Below, piece after piece: positions 1 through 8,713 of a DNA stretch of 64,000 nt (positions are counted from its first letter, which is position 1; every line of letters begins with the position of its first letter). Origin of the DNA: Nitrososphaeria archaeon (GTDB taxonomy: Archaea > Thermoproteota > Nitrososphaeria > Geothermarchaeales > JDFR-13). The DNA lies in assembly GCA_027078545.1 (NCBI GenBank), contig JALWXN010000004.1:416001-480000 (forward strand). Reading direction: 5' to 3'. The notes beneath the pieces were generated by a model. The model was not told the origin of the DNA and did not search any database. It saw only the letters and a list, made by a program, of their open reading frames with translations. A program made the position numbers and the translations under genes.

Positions 1-23
1 TTCGACGACCTGGCGGGTGCTAG

Positions 24-1601
24 GTGATGCTCTTCAGGGAGTTTGTCGAGGTGTGTAAGAGGATTAGGGCTGCTAAGGGTATAAACGAGAAGATCGGGCT
101 TATAGCCAGCTATCTCAAGAGGCTGGATAGGGAGGAGTGGATACCCTACATCCTCTTCCTCACGGGCAACCCTGTCCCCGACACTTTGGAGGGGGGCCTG
201 GGGGTGGGGCATAGGACCCTTGTAAAGGCTATGAAGAACCCGGTTAGGCCCCTGATAGGCGGTGGGCCACCCAGCCTCCTCGAGGTCTATGGGACGCTCC
301 TCGAGATAGCTGGTATGAGGGGTAGGGATAGCCAGGCCAGGAGGGAGGGCCTCCTGAGGAGCCTGATGGGTAGGCTTAGCAAGGAGGAGAGGGAGTGGCT
401 GGCCAGTATAATCATGGGGGAGCCTAGGATAGGGGTGATGACTGGGCATGTGCTGAGGGCCCTGGCCCATGCGCTACACATCTCTGAGGATAAGGTGCGT
501 AGGCTCTACATGCTGAGGGGGAGTATCCATGAGGTGGCGGAGCTACTGGCAAGGGGTGTGGATCCAGCTAGTGTGGGGCCGCGTCTATATAAGCCGCTTA
601 GGCCGATGCTAGGCACCCCAGCCACGACAGTCACCGAGGCCTTCAACATACTGGGCGTCTCCAGGGCCGCTGCGGAGGAGAAGTATGACGGCTTCAGGAT
701 ACAGATCCATATCGGGGATAGAGGGGTAAGGATCTTCAGTAGGAACCTCCTAGACGTGACGCAGAGCTTCCCGGAGCTGGTGGAGTACTCCTCCAGGATC
801 GAGGCTAGGGAGGCGATACTGGATGGTGAGGCTGTGGCCCTGGGTAGGGATGGTAGGCCCCTACCCTTCCAGTACCTCATGAGGCGCTTCAAGAGGGTGG
901 AGGATGTTGAGGACTATATGGACTCGATACCCGTTACTATGCGGCTCTTCGACGTGATCTACCTTGATGGTGAGCTCCTCATCGATAGGCCATACATATA
1001 TAGGAGGGAGAGGCTGGAGAGGATCGTCCCCGAGGAGTATCTAGCCAGGGTGGTGCTGGACGCATCGTTGTCCGAGGCGGAGGCGATGTATAGGGAGGCT
1101 ATCGAGGCTGGTCATGAGGGGATCATGCTGAAGAGGATGGACTCTCCCTACGTCCTTGGGAGTAGGGGGAGGTACTGGGCCAAGGTGAAGGAGAAGGAGA
1201 CCCTAGACCTGGTGATAGTTGGTGCAGAGTGGGGGCATGGTAGGCGTAGGGGGTGGCTCAGCGACTACTACCTCGCGGCCTATAACCCCAGGACTGGTGG
1301 CTACGAGATAGTGGGTAAGACGTTCAAGGGGCTCACCGATGAGGAGTTCCAATACATGACTAGGAGGCTTAAGGAGCTCGTGGTTAGGGATGAGGGGTAC
1401 AGGGTCTTCGTCAAGCCTGAGATAGTTGTCGAGGTCGACTTCAACGAGGTTCAGGAGAGCCCAAAGTATAGGAGCGGCTATGCGTTGAGGCTGGCCAGGA
1501 TAAGGAGGATCAGGGAGGATAAGAGCCCCGAGGAGGCCGCCACGATAGACGATATAAGGAGGATTTATGAGGAGCAGTTCCGGAGGAAGGCCCGCCTGTG
1601 A
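24..1601 (+). CDS. lig: ATP-dependent DNA ligase
   Basis: Motif I EEKYDGFR, ILDGEAV, LFDVIYLDG, EGIMLK, WAKVK, and C-terminal OB fold (LRLARIRRIREDK). Confidence 0.95.
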   Translation: MMLFREFVEVCKRIRAAKGINEKIGLIASYLKRLDREEWIPYILFLTGNPVPDTLEGGLGVGHRTLVKAMKNPVRPLIGGGPPSLLEVYGTLLEIAGMRGRDSQARREGLLRSLMGRLSKEEREWLASIIMGEPRIGVMTGHVLRALAHALHISEDKVRRLYMLRGSIHEVAELLARGVDPASVGPRLYKPLRPMLGTPATTVTEAFNILGVSRAAAEEKYDGFRIQIHIGDRGVRIFSRNLLDVTQSFPELVEYSSRIEAREAILDGEAVALGRDGRPLPFQYLMRRFKRVEDVEDYMDSIPVTMRLFDVIYLDGELLIDRPYIYRRERLERIVPEEYLARVVLDASLSEAEAMYREAIEAGHEGIMLKRMDSPYVLGSRGRYWAKVKEKETLDLVIVGAEWGHGRRRGWLSDYYLAAYNPRTGGYEIVGKTFKGLTDEEFQYMTRRLKELVVRDEGYRVFVKPEIVVEVDFNEVQESPKYRSGYALRLARIRRIREDKSPEEAATIDDIRRIYEEQFRRKARL

Positions 1602-1646
1602 CTATATAGGTGTGACCACCGTCCCATCCAAGATAATCACAGCATC

Positions 1647-1653
1647 TATAAAG
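1647..1653 (+). promoter_or_regulatory. Candidate TATA box for the structured element at 1678-2168
   Basis: TATAAAG ends about 25 nt upstream of the first paired base, matching archaeal TATA-to-start spacing; no credible + strand gene follows. Confidence 0.45.
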
Positions 1654-1677
1654 GGTTTAGACACTCCCAGTAGAGTG

Positions 1678-2168
1678 GCATCGGCCAGCCCGAGGGGCTG
1701 GCCCGGGAGGCCTAGGATGGGCCCCTGGATGAAGGGGTCCAGCCTATAAGGAGGTCTCCAAGGGGGTTCCCCATAGCCCCCTGGAGAACCCTCCGACCCA
1801 CCCCGTTCCATAGGGGATTTGGACCCCAAAGGGGGAGGGGGAGCACCCTGATTCCCCCTGAGGGGTATCACGCATTGGGCCGACCCCTATGGAGCGGGGT
1901 CATGGGCCACTCCGGGTTGGAGGGTTCTCCAAGGAGGGTTATGGGGAGTCCTCTAAGGAGGCCTCCGAAGTGGTTGGACCCTCTCATCCAAGGGCTCGTA
2001 TATAGGCTTGGTGTGCCTCCTAGGCCTCCAAGCCTCTGGGAACCCCCCTGGGGATGGGCAGGGGGGTGGCTGGCCACCACTTACCCCGGCAAGCCCTGAA
2101 CCAGGAGGGTTCCCGACGGGCCCGAGAGGCTTGGGGGTCGTGGGCCGGCCCCTCGGGCTGGCCGATGC
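1678..2168 (+). ncRNA. Candidate large rod-shaped structured RNA (or fold-back element), family unknown
   Basis: Nested complementary segments: 1678-1704/2142-2168, 1706-1717/2018-2029, 1718-1744/1972-1998, 1750-1799/1914-1966, 1800-1816/1884-1900, plus side arm 2030-2051/2101-2132. Non-canonical pairs are mostly G-U on the + strand. Confidence 0.65.
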
Positions 2169-2193
2169 ACCCCCGCTAGAGTCCTATCGATTC

Positions 2194-3273
2194 CTACTCC
2201 TTGACAGCCCTGCTTATCCTCTGTATAGCTAGGTGTATGACGATCTCCGTCTCCCTCTGGTATGGATTCCTCCTCCTCAAGGTCTTCCCATCTGTATAGA
2301 TCTCTATATACCCTGTCCTACCCGCTATGCTGGAGAGTATGGTCAGGGCCTCGTTATACATCCTTGTCTTGGCTAGGCTGTATGCGAGTAGGGATGCCTG
2401 TAGCGGGTCGTATATAGGGTGGTTCTCCCTGCCGGATGGGCTCTGGCATAGTGTCCTATCCTCTATATGTAGAGCCCTATACATATGTCCCATGTGGCTC
2501 CTGAGCCTCTCGTCCCCCCTATAGGCTAGGGGAAGCACTATCGCCCAGCCGTCTATATGTGTGGCTAGACTCCTGGCCGAGGTTGTGAGTATATGGGTTA
2601 TGAATCTCCTCCCGTCCCAGAAGCTGTCCTCTATCCTGCTTATCAGGTTGGTAAGGATCTTCTCATACTTCTCGGAGTCCCCACCCTCCAGCGCCGCGTT
2701 GTAGGCCTTCTCCAGGGCGGCTAGGTAGGCGAGGTTTGTGGATAGGAGATTCCCACCCCTACCCATGCCTAGCCAGTCCTCGTCGGCCTCCTGCTCGACG
2801 AGCCAGTTCCTATTGATGTCCCTCCTCCTTAGGTATTCAAGCCCCTCTATGGCTGTGGGTAGGAGGTCTTCGAGGCCCCCTGTGAAGAGTATGTATTCGA
2901 GTAGGGATGCCGTGGCTAGGGCTGTGGCTAGGGGTGATGGATACCTGGAGTAGGTGGTCTTCCTCCCCTGGGAGATTGTGTCTGGGAAGCTTCCCGCCGT
3001 GTAGTCATCGACCACCTCTACGCCCCGGGGGGATCTATACTCATCGCCCCTTCTGAGCTGGGCCTTCTCGAGCCTGGGTATCGCCTCGGAGGCTAGTGTG
3101 TAGTAGGCAACCTCATCCTCCTCCCTAAGTAGGAGTAGGACTAGGCTGTGTATCCTCGTGTCTAGCGCCTTGTCTAGGCTCCTCTCAAGGCTGGTTATGT
3201 TGTGTTTATACCTCTTGGATATCTCGGCTGTTGCGTCTAGTCCCCTCCTGTATAGGTCGACCCTGATCTCCAT
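2194..3273 (-). CDS. Six-hairpin glycosidase-like protein (divergent)
   Basis: Segment RDINRNWLVEQ..EDW...RGG....TNLAYLAAL and later FWDG resemble (alpha/alpha)6 glycoside hydrolase/debranching-enzyme domains. Confidence 0.5.
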   Translation of the reverse strand: MEIRVDLYRRGLDATAEISKRYKHNITSLERSLDKALDTRIHSLVLLLLREEDEVAYYTLASEAIPRLEKAQLRRGDEYRSPRGVEVVDDYTAGSFPDTISQGRKTTYSRYPSPLATALATASLLEYILFTGGLEDLLPTAIEGLEYLRRRDINRNWLVEQEADEDWLGMGRGGNLLSTNLAYLAALEKAYNAALEGGDSEKYEKILTNLISRIEDSFWDGRRFITHILTTSARSLATHIDGWAIVLPLAYRGDERLRSHMGHMYRALHIEDRTLCQSPSGRENHPIYDPLQASLLAYSLAKTRMYNEALTILSSIAGRTGYIEIYTDGKTLRRRNPYQRETEIVIHLAIQRISRAVKE

Positions 3274-3350
3274 GGCTACGCTCCTCCCAGGGCTTGAATA
3301 TATTTTCTACGTGTCCCCCAATATCTATATGCCACTCGGAGGGTGGGGCT

Positions 3351-4490
3351 ATGGATACGGAGAGGGTTGTGGAGCTCTTTATGAGGCCCCCTACGGCGGA
3401 GCTCTTGACGCCGGGTAGGCTGAGGGAGTATCTCGAGACTGGTGTAAGGCTTAGACACTATATTGGCTATGAGATCTCCGGCTATATGCATCTAGGCACT
3501 GGTGTAGTGCCTATACATAAGGTTGTGGATCTCCAGATGGCTGGTGTTGAGACCACGATATTCCTGGCCGACTATCATAGCTGGGTGAATAGGAAGCTGG
3601 GGGGCGACCTAGACGTTATTAAGAGGGTGGCAGCCGGCTACTACATGGACGTCTTTAAGAAGATGATCAAGGCCCTGGGGGGTGATCCTGGGAAGACCAG
3701 GTTTATACTCGCCTCTGACTTCTACGAGGAGCTTGGGAGGGACTATTTCGAGAACTTCTTGAAGGTCAGTCTAAACGTCACTCTCTCACGTGTCAGGAGG
3801 AGCATATCTATACTCGGTAGGAGGATGGGTGAGTCCGTAACCTTTGGACAGCTGGTCTATGTGCCTATGCAGGTGGCGGATATATTCAGCCTGGGCGTGA
3901 ACGTGGCCCATGGGGGTATGGATCAGAGGAAGGCCCACGTCATAGCTATAGACCTGGGGGATGAGTTTGGTTATAAGCCGCTAGCACTACACCACAGCCT
4001 CGTCCTGGGCGTGGGTATAGGTGAGAAGGAGGCTGAGGCCCTTAGGAGGGCTAGGATGAGTGGGGATCGTGACGCCTTCGTGGATACAGTGCTCGGCATG
4101 AAGATGTCCAAGTCCCTCCCTGAGACGGCTATCTTCCTCCATGATGATGAGGAGACGGTTATTAGGAAGGTTAGGAGGGCCTACTGCCCAAGGGATGACG
4201 TGGATATAAACCCTGTCTTCTCGATGCTGGAGGGGGTTGTGTATCCATACCTCCTCCGGGTGGGTGAGGAGGTTAGGATTGTGAATGAGAAGACTGGGGA
4301 GGAGCTTGTCTATAGCGATGTGGAGAGTGTTAAGAGGGACTATCTAGGCGGTAGGATACACCCACTCGACCTAAAAATGGCTGTGGCTAGGTATATATGG
4401 AGGATGATCTCACCCGTCTCCAAGTATCTCAATGAGGGGCCGGGTAGGAGGTATATGGAGGAGATGGCTGGCCTGGGGATAACGAGGTAG
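3351..4490 (+). CDS. tyrS: Tyrosine--tRNA ligase (archaeal type)
   Basis: YIGYEISGYMHLG (HIGH-like), MQVADI, GGMDQRK, KMSKS. Start moved to ATG 3351. Confidence 0.93.
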   Translation: MDTERVVELFMRPPTAELLTPGRLREYLETGVRLRHYIGYEISGYMHLGTGVVPIHKVVDLQMAGVETTIFLADYHSWVNRKLGGDLDVIKRVAAGYYMDVFKKMIKALGGDPGKTRFILASDFYEELGRDYFENFLKVSLNVTLSRVRRSISILGRRMGESVTFGQLVYVPMQVADIFSLGVNVAHGGMDQRKAHVIAIDLGDEFGYKPLALHHSLVLGVGIGEKEAEALRRARMSGDRDAFVDTVLGMKMSKSLPETAIFLHDDEETVIRKVRRAYCPRDDVDINPVFSMLEGVVYPYLLRVGEEVRIVNEKTGEELVYSDVESVKRDYLGGRIHPLDLKMAVARYIWRMISPVSKYLNEGPGRRYMEEMAGLGITR

Positions 4491-4496
4491 GTCTAG

Positions 4497-5318
4497 ATGG
4501 CCAGGGTACTACTAACCAATGACGATGGATACTTCTCACCCGGGATAAGGAGGATGATCGACGTCCTCTCCCAGTTCACCGACCTCGTGGTTGTATGCCC
4601 TGAGCAGCAGAGGAGTGCTGCTGGGCTCAGCGTGACCCTCCACAAGCCGCTCAGGATCAGGGTCGCCAACTATAGGAACCAGACCTGCTACCTCGTCAAC
4701 GGGACTACCGGTGACTGTGTGAGCCTAGGCCTGTTCCACATCCTTGAGAAGCCACCCGACATGGTTGTATCGGGGATAAACATAGGCGAGAATATAAGCC
4801 TGGTCGAGTTCTTCATGAGCGGTACCGTGGCGGGTGCACTCCTAGCCGCTATCCACAATATCCCCAGCATATCCTTCTCGAAGAGTGTGGAGAGCGCCGA
4901 CGTTATCGGTGGGCGTGTAAGGAGCGGGGGTTTCGAGGAGGCCGCCAGGATAGCTGGTGAGATAGTGAGGTACGTCCTTGACGAGGGCCTCCCAGAGGGA
5001 GTCGACATGTTCAACGTTAACTTCCCCAAGAAGATTACCCGTGAGACTAGGATAGTGGTAACCCGCCTAGCCAGGCTGAGCCTAGTAACCAAGGTCTATG
5101 TGAGGCACGACCCCAGAGGGAGGGAGTACTACTGGATATGGGGGGAGAAGTTCAAGAACTTCCCCAGGGGGACCGATGGATACGAGGTATTCATAAATGG
5201 GAACATATCCCTAACACCCGTCTCACTATCCAGCCTATCAACAACCCCAGACCTGAAGAAGGTGCAGAGAGTAGCAGACGCCGTTAACGAGATATTGGAA
5301 AGCTATTTCAGAAGCTAA
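4497..5318 (+). CDS. surE: 5'/3'-nucleotidase SurE
   Basis: LLTNDDG, GTTGDCV, DMVVSGINIGEN, SGTVAGA, DPRGREYYW. Confidence 0.95.
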   Translation: MARVLLTNDDGYFSPGIRRMIDVLSQFTDLVVVCPEQQRSAAGLSVTLHKPLRIRVANYRNQTCYLVNGTTGDCVSLGLFHILEKPPDMVVSGINIGENISLVEFFMSGTVAGALLAAIHNIPSISFSKSVESADVIGGRVRSGGFEEAARIAGEIVRYVLDEGLPEGVDMFNVNFPKKITRETRIVVTRLARLSLVTKVYVRHDPRGREYYWIWGEKFKNFPRGTDGYEVFINGNISLTPVSLSSLSTTPDLKKVQRVADAVNEILESYFRS

Positions 5319-5345
5319 TGTTACTTAAAGCAATCATAATTATTT

Positions 5346-5437
5346 AGGATTTTATCCTCCGCGATTTAATATTAAACGATAACCTGAAACTAATTATAAT
5401 TAGTTGAGTACTATTTTGAGATACCCCTGTCAAAATA
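5346..5437. repeat. Cluster of palindromes upstream of the peptide gene
   Basis: AGGAT-ttt-ATCCT 5346-5358; TTTAATATTAAA 5365-5376; perfect 18-bp AACTAATTATAATTAGTT 5388-5405; TATTTTGA-N10-TCAAAATA 5412-5437. Confidence 0.7.
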
Positions 5438-5522
5438 CAGCTTCTCAATATATACATCTCTGACTAAAGTAAATGTCACATATTATGTTGGTCAAAGATA
5501 GTGATTTTAAGTGGTGATTACC

Positions 5523-5642
5523 ATGAAGTATAATCCACCCGAAATAACATCAATGGACTTACTGTTAGCGCCATTATGCCTCTGTAATTGCAACTGTGGA
5601 CTGCTGTCAGGTTCGGGAGCTGGAGGAGGGAGTGCTAAGTAG
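5523..5642 (+). CDS. Putative RiPP precursor peptide, 39 aa (MKYNPPEITSMDLLLAPLCLCNCNCGLLSGSGAGGGSAK)
   Basis: Hand-translated; below the ORF-track cutoff. SD GGTGAT at 5513-5518; YxxP leader-like motif; CxCxCxC core; first gene of the ABC/rSAM/PqqD operon. Confidence 0.85.
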   Translation: MKYNPPEITSMDLLLAPLCLCNCNCGLLSGSGAGGGSAK

Positions 5643-5658
5643 CCGCTGGTGGCTAAGC

Positions 5659-6567
5659 GTGCACATAAGAGTCATCAGCATCACAAAGACATACGGTGCT
5701 AGTGTCAGAGCCGTAGAATCCCTATCCTTTTTTATAAACTCAGGAGAATCTGTAGCGCTAATAGGACCCAATGGGGCAGGAAAAACGACAACTATACATA
5801 TCATTCTTGGGCTATTGAAGCCTGATGAAGGAGAAGTTTATATAGACGGAGTCAACATGATGGATGAAAAGGAATCATCGGAAATACGTTCTAGAATAGG
5901 TTTTGCACCACAGAACATCGCGTTGGATTTTTTCCTTACTGTTGAGGATAACATCGAACTGTACCTGAAGTTAAATGGACTATCAAGAGCGAATAGGCGA
6001 GAAAGAACAAAAAGGATACTTGAGTTAATGGGTTTATATGAATATAGGAATAGGAGGGTGGAGACGCTTTCAGGAGGATTAGCCAGACGTGTTCACATAG
6101 CGAGGGCACTGGCTCTCGACCCTGAATTGATTATTTTGGATGAGCCTACTGTTGGATTGGACCCTGTTTCAAGGAGACTTTTCTGGGAAGCTCTCAAGGG
6201 ATACATTAAGGAGTCGGGTGCAACACTCCTGTGGAGTAGCCATTATTTGGAGGAGATCGAAAGAAATGCCGATCGAGTGATTCTACTAAATAGAGGCAGA
6301 AAGTTGATGGACGCTCCTCCTGGAGAGATTGTATCCAAGTTTTCGAGACCTGTACTCGAGCTAGAAATACCTAATGAAGAGGTTTTAAAGTCACTTACAT
6401 CGAGATTCGGCGGTAACTATGTAAATGGAAGGCTCATCATTGACGATGTCGACTGGGATGATCTGCCCAAGGTTATAGCAAGCCTGAGTAAGCTTGGTGC
6501 TGAGGTACGGCTGTTGAGGTGGGGTAGTAAGTCACTTGAGGAGGTGTATCTCGAGGTGATGTCATGA
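5659..6567 (+). CDS. ABC-2 type exporter ATP-binding subunit
   Basis: GPNGAGKTT, LSGG, ILDEPT. Start reassigned to GTG 5659 (GGTGG upstream) so it does not overlap the peptide gene. Confidence 0.92.
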   Translation: MHIRVISITKTYGASVRAVESLSFFINSGESVALIGPNGAGKTTTIHIILGLLKPDEGEVYIDGVNMMDEKESSEIRSRIGFAPQNIALDFFLTVEDNIELYLKLNGLSRANRRERTKRILELMGLYEYRNRRVETLSGGLARRVHIARALALDPELIILDEPTVGLDPVSRRLFWEALKGYIKESGATLLWSSHYLEEIERNADRVILLNRGRKLMDAPPGEIVSKFSRPVLELEIPNEEVLKSLTSRFGGNYVNGRLIIDDVDWDDLPKVIASLSKLGAEVRLLRWGSKSLEEVYLEVMS

Positions 6568-7316
6568 GTATTGTTATAACCCTTATCGAGAGGGAGTTCA
6601 AAATACTGTTTAGGAGTAAGTTGCTTATGCTTCTCATGATAGCTCAGCCAGTAATTTTGATATTCTTGTTCGTCCTGTCTATGGGTAATGTAGTCGGTGA
6701 GATAACTTATCGGGGTATCACTGTTAGCTATGTGGAGTTCATGGTTCCAAGCGTGGTTATTCTTACCCTTATGTTTGTTACTATGATGGTGAGCCAATCC
6801 GTTTTCAACGAGAAGTTTTCCAACATGCTGATAATCCTGTTATCTACGAGGATGACAGCTAGGGACTACATCGTAAGTAAATTGATAACCAACACTTTTA
6901 TATCATTAACACAGGCGATGCTTATGCTAACAGCTTATCTATTGATTATAGGAGGAACCAACATAATATCAATTATATATGCTCTTCCACCAATAATAAT
7001 TGCATCACTGACACTTTCGGGGATATATCTCTCTCTTCTAGGGTATCTCAAAACAATTTCAGCTTTCTCGAGTGCCGTAAACATACTTACATTGATAATG
7101 ATATATTCTGCACCTCTTTTCTACCCTTTGGAGGCGATGCCTTTCCCTCTAAATTTTGCTAGTAATGTTAATCCTTTAACATATATTGTTGAATCAACAA
7201 GGATAGGTTATTTATTAAAGAGTTTTGATGTATCAATATGGATATCCTCGATAATTTGTATAATCTTCATATTACTATCCATTCATACAATGAAAAATAT
7301 GCTTACGGAGGTTTAA
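6564..7316 (+). CDS. ABC-2 type exporter permease
   Basis: About 6 hydrophobic segments, FYPLEAMP...NPLTY motif; ATGA overlap with the ATPase gene. Confidence 0.9.
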   Translation: MSIVITLIEREFKILFRSKLLMLLMIAQPVILIFLFVLSMGNVVGEITYRGITVSYVEFMVPSVVILTLMFVTMMVSQSVFNEKFSNMLIILLSTRMTARDYIVSKLITNTFISLTQAMLMLTAYLLIIGGTNIISIIYALPPIIIASLTLSGIYLSLLGYLKTISAFSSAVNILTLIMIYSAPLFYPLEAMPFPLNFASNVNPLTYIVESTRIGYLLKSFDVSIWISSIICIIFILLSIHTMKNMLTEV

Positions 7317-7318
7317 AA

Positions 7319-8713
7319 ATGATAGAAAGAAGAATGATAATTCAGGATACTCCACTTGAAAAATTAAGGGAGAACTTGAAAAGATTAATATGCATCAAAT
7401 TTAAAAATCTCTATGTGCTTTTTGATCCAGAGACAGTCAGTTGGATCCCCATTAGTGACGATGATATCGCAATGCTTAGAGAATTTTATTGGGGTGGCTA
7501 TCTAAGAGAGAAAAAAGGATTTCATCTGATTGGTAGGATGATATCGTCCTTAATTGGAGTGTCTTATAGAATAATTTATAATAAATTACTTCCCTACCCA
7601 TCAGTGTATTATTTGGAAATCACAAAGGGTTGCAACCTTAGATGTGTTTACTGTTATATAGGTTCTGCGCCTGAATTGCTCAGTTATAAGGGAAAGATGA
7701 AAGTTGAGAACTGGCTTGAACTGATAAATCAAATAAATACCCTTGGGGGCAGAGAAGTAATTTTTACTGGAGGCGAACCATTACTAAAGTATGATGACAT
7801 TTTATCTATCGGAAAGTATGCAAAGGAACATGGTCTTATTACATCTCTCATTACCAATGGTGTTTTGCTGAATTCTAAGAGAGTTGAGGAGCTCTCTAGG
7901 ATTATAGATAACATCACTGTTAGCCTGGATAGTCATATAGGTTCAGTTAATGCGGTTACAAGAGGTTATAGAGAGACACATAGAATAATATATTACATTA
8001 AGAGCCTCCTCGAGAAGGGAGTAAATATTTATGTAAATTGTGTTGTAACAAGAAGTAACGTAAATAGCTTGACTAGTTTCTTGGATCATTTACAAAAGAT
8101 CGGAGTGACCCCTGATAAAATAAAATTTATTCTCATGGCACCAGCAGGAAGGGCTTTAACATTGGATCATTTCTCAGTCAACCCAATGGATTTAGTCAAA
8201 GAGTCATTTTTATATAACCTTAGGATGGGAGTCATTCCTAATCACAGTCGTACGGCTTTTAATAAATTTTCAAGAAAGTACATGTGTGGGGCTTCCGTAT
8301 CTGAATTATATATAGATTGTGATGGAAACGTTTATCCATGTAGAATGTTGGTGACAAAGTCTGGACATCTTGGAAATGTCCTTAAAAACTCATTGAAGGA
8401 CATACTTGACAGTTCCAATAGGTATAATTTTGTTGATTCGATATCCAAACCCAATTTAAAGGTATGTAAAGATTGTATTTATAGAAATGTATGTGCTGGG
8501 GGGTGCAGAGGCAATGTCATAGGTTCCCAAGGTAATTTGACGGATCCTGATCCCATTAATTGCATTATCGTTAAAAATACTTTTCCTCTGTATATGATAG
8601 TCGAATCCTACGGCTTAGAGGTTCTTAGAAATCTGAATGATAGAAATGTATTTCGACAAGTGGAGGTTGTTAGTTCATGGTTGGAAGAAGATTTAGACCT
8701 AAAGAAAGTGTGA
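7319..8713 (+). CDS. Radical SAM/SPASM-domain peptide maturase
   Basis: CNLRCVYC, FTGGEPLL, and SPASM cysteines C..DGNVYPC...CKDCIYRNVCAGGC...C. Start ATG 7319 follows GGAGGT. Confidence 0.92.
   Translation: MIERRMIIQDTPLEKLRENLKRLICIKFKNLYVLFDPETVSWIPISDDDIAMLREFYWGGYLREKKGFHLIGRMISSLIGVSYRIIYNKLLPYPSVYYLEITKGCNLRCVYCYIGSAPELLSYKGKMKVENWLELINQINTLGGREVIFTGGEPLLKYDDILSIGKYAKEHGLITSLITNGVLLNSKRVEELSRIIDNITVSLDSHIGSVNAVTRGYRETHRIIYYIKSLLEKGVNIYVNCVVTRSNVNSLTSFLDHLQKIGVTPDKIKFILMAPAGRALTLDHFSVNPMDLVKESFLYNLRMGVIPNHSRTAFNKFSRKYMCGASVSELYIDCDGNVYPCRMLVTKSGHLGNVLKNSLKDILDSSNRYNFVDSISKPNLKVCKDCIYRNVCAGGCRGNVIGSQGNLTDPDPINCIIVKNTFPLYMIVESYGLEVLRNLNDRNVFRQVEVVSSWLEEDLDLKKV

Noticed and set aside
1678-2168. 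SRP RNA or RNase P RNA identity
   Set aside because: Longer than typical archaeal SRP RNA, with no CAGG..GNRA..AGCA helix-8 motif and no GAGGAA..UCC / ACAGAA..GGC P4 motifs found by eye on either strand. A covariance-model search is still needed.
1567-2232. Five short Pro/Gly-rich ORFs on both strands
   Set aside because: Their composition and the shared PLGLADA peptide on opposite strands are by-products of the GC-rich inverted repeats; no protein motifs.
5596-5658. N-terminal extension MDCCQV... of the ABC ATPase
   Set aside because: It overlaps the peptide gene in another frame; GTG 5659 has its own SD and gives a normal ATPase start.
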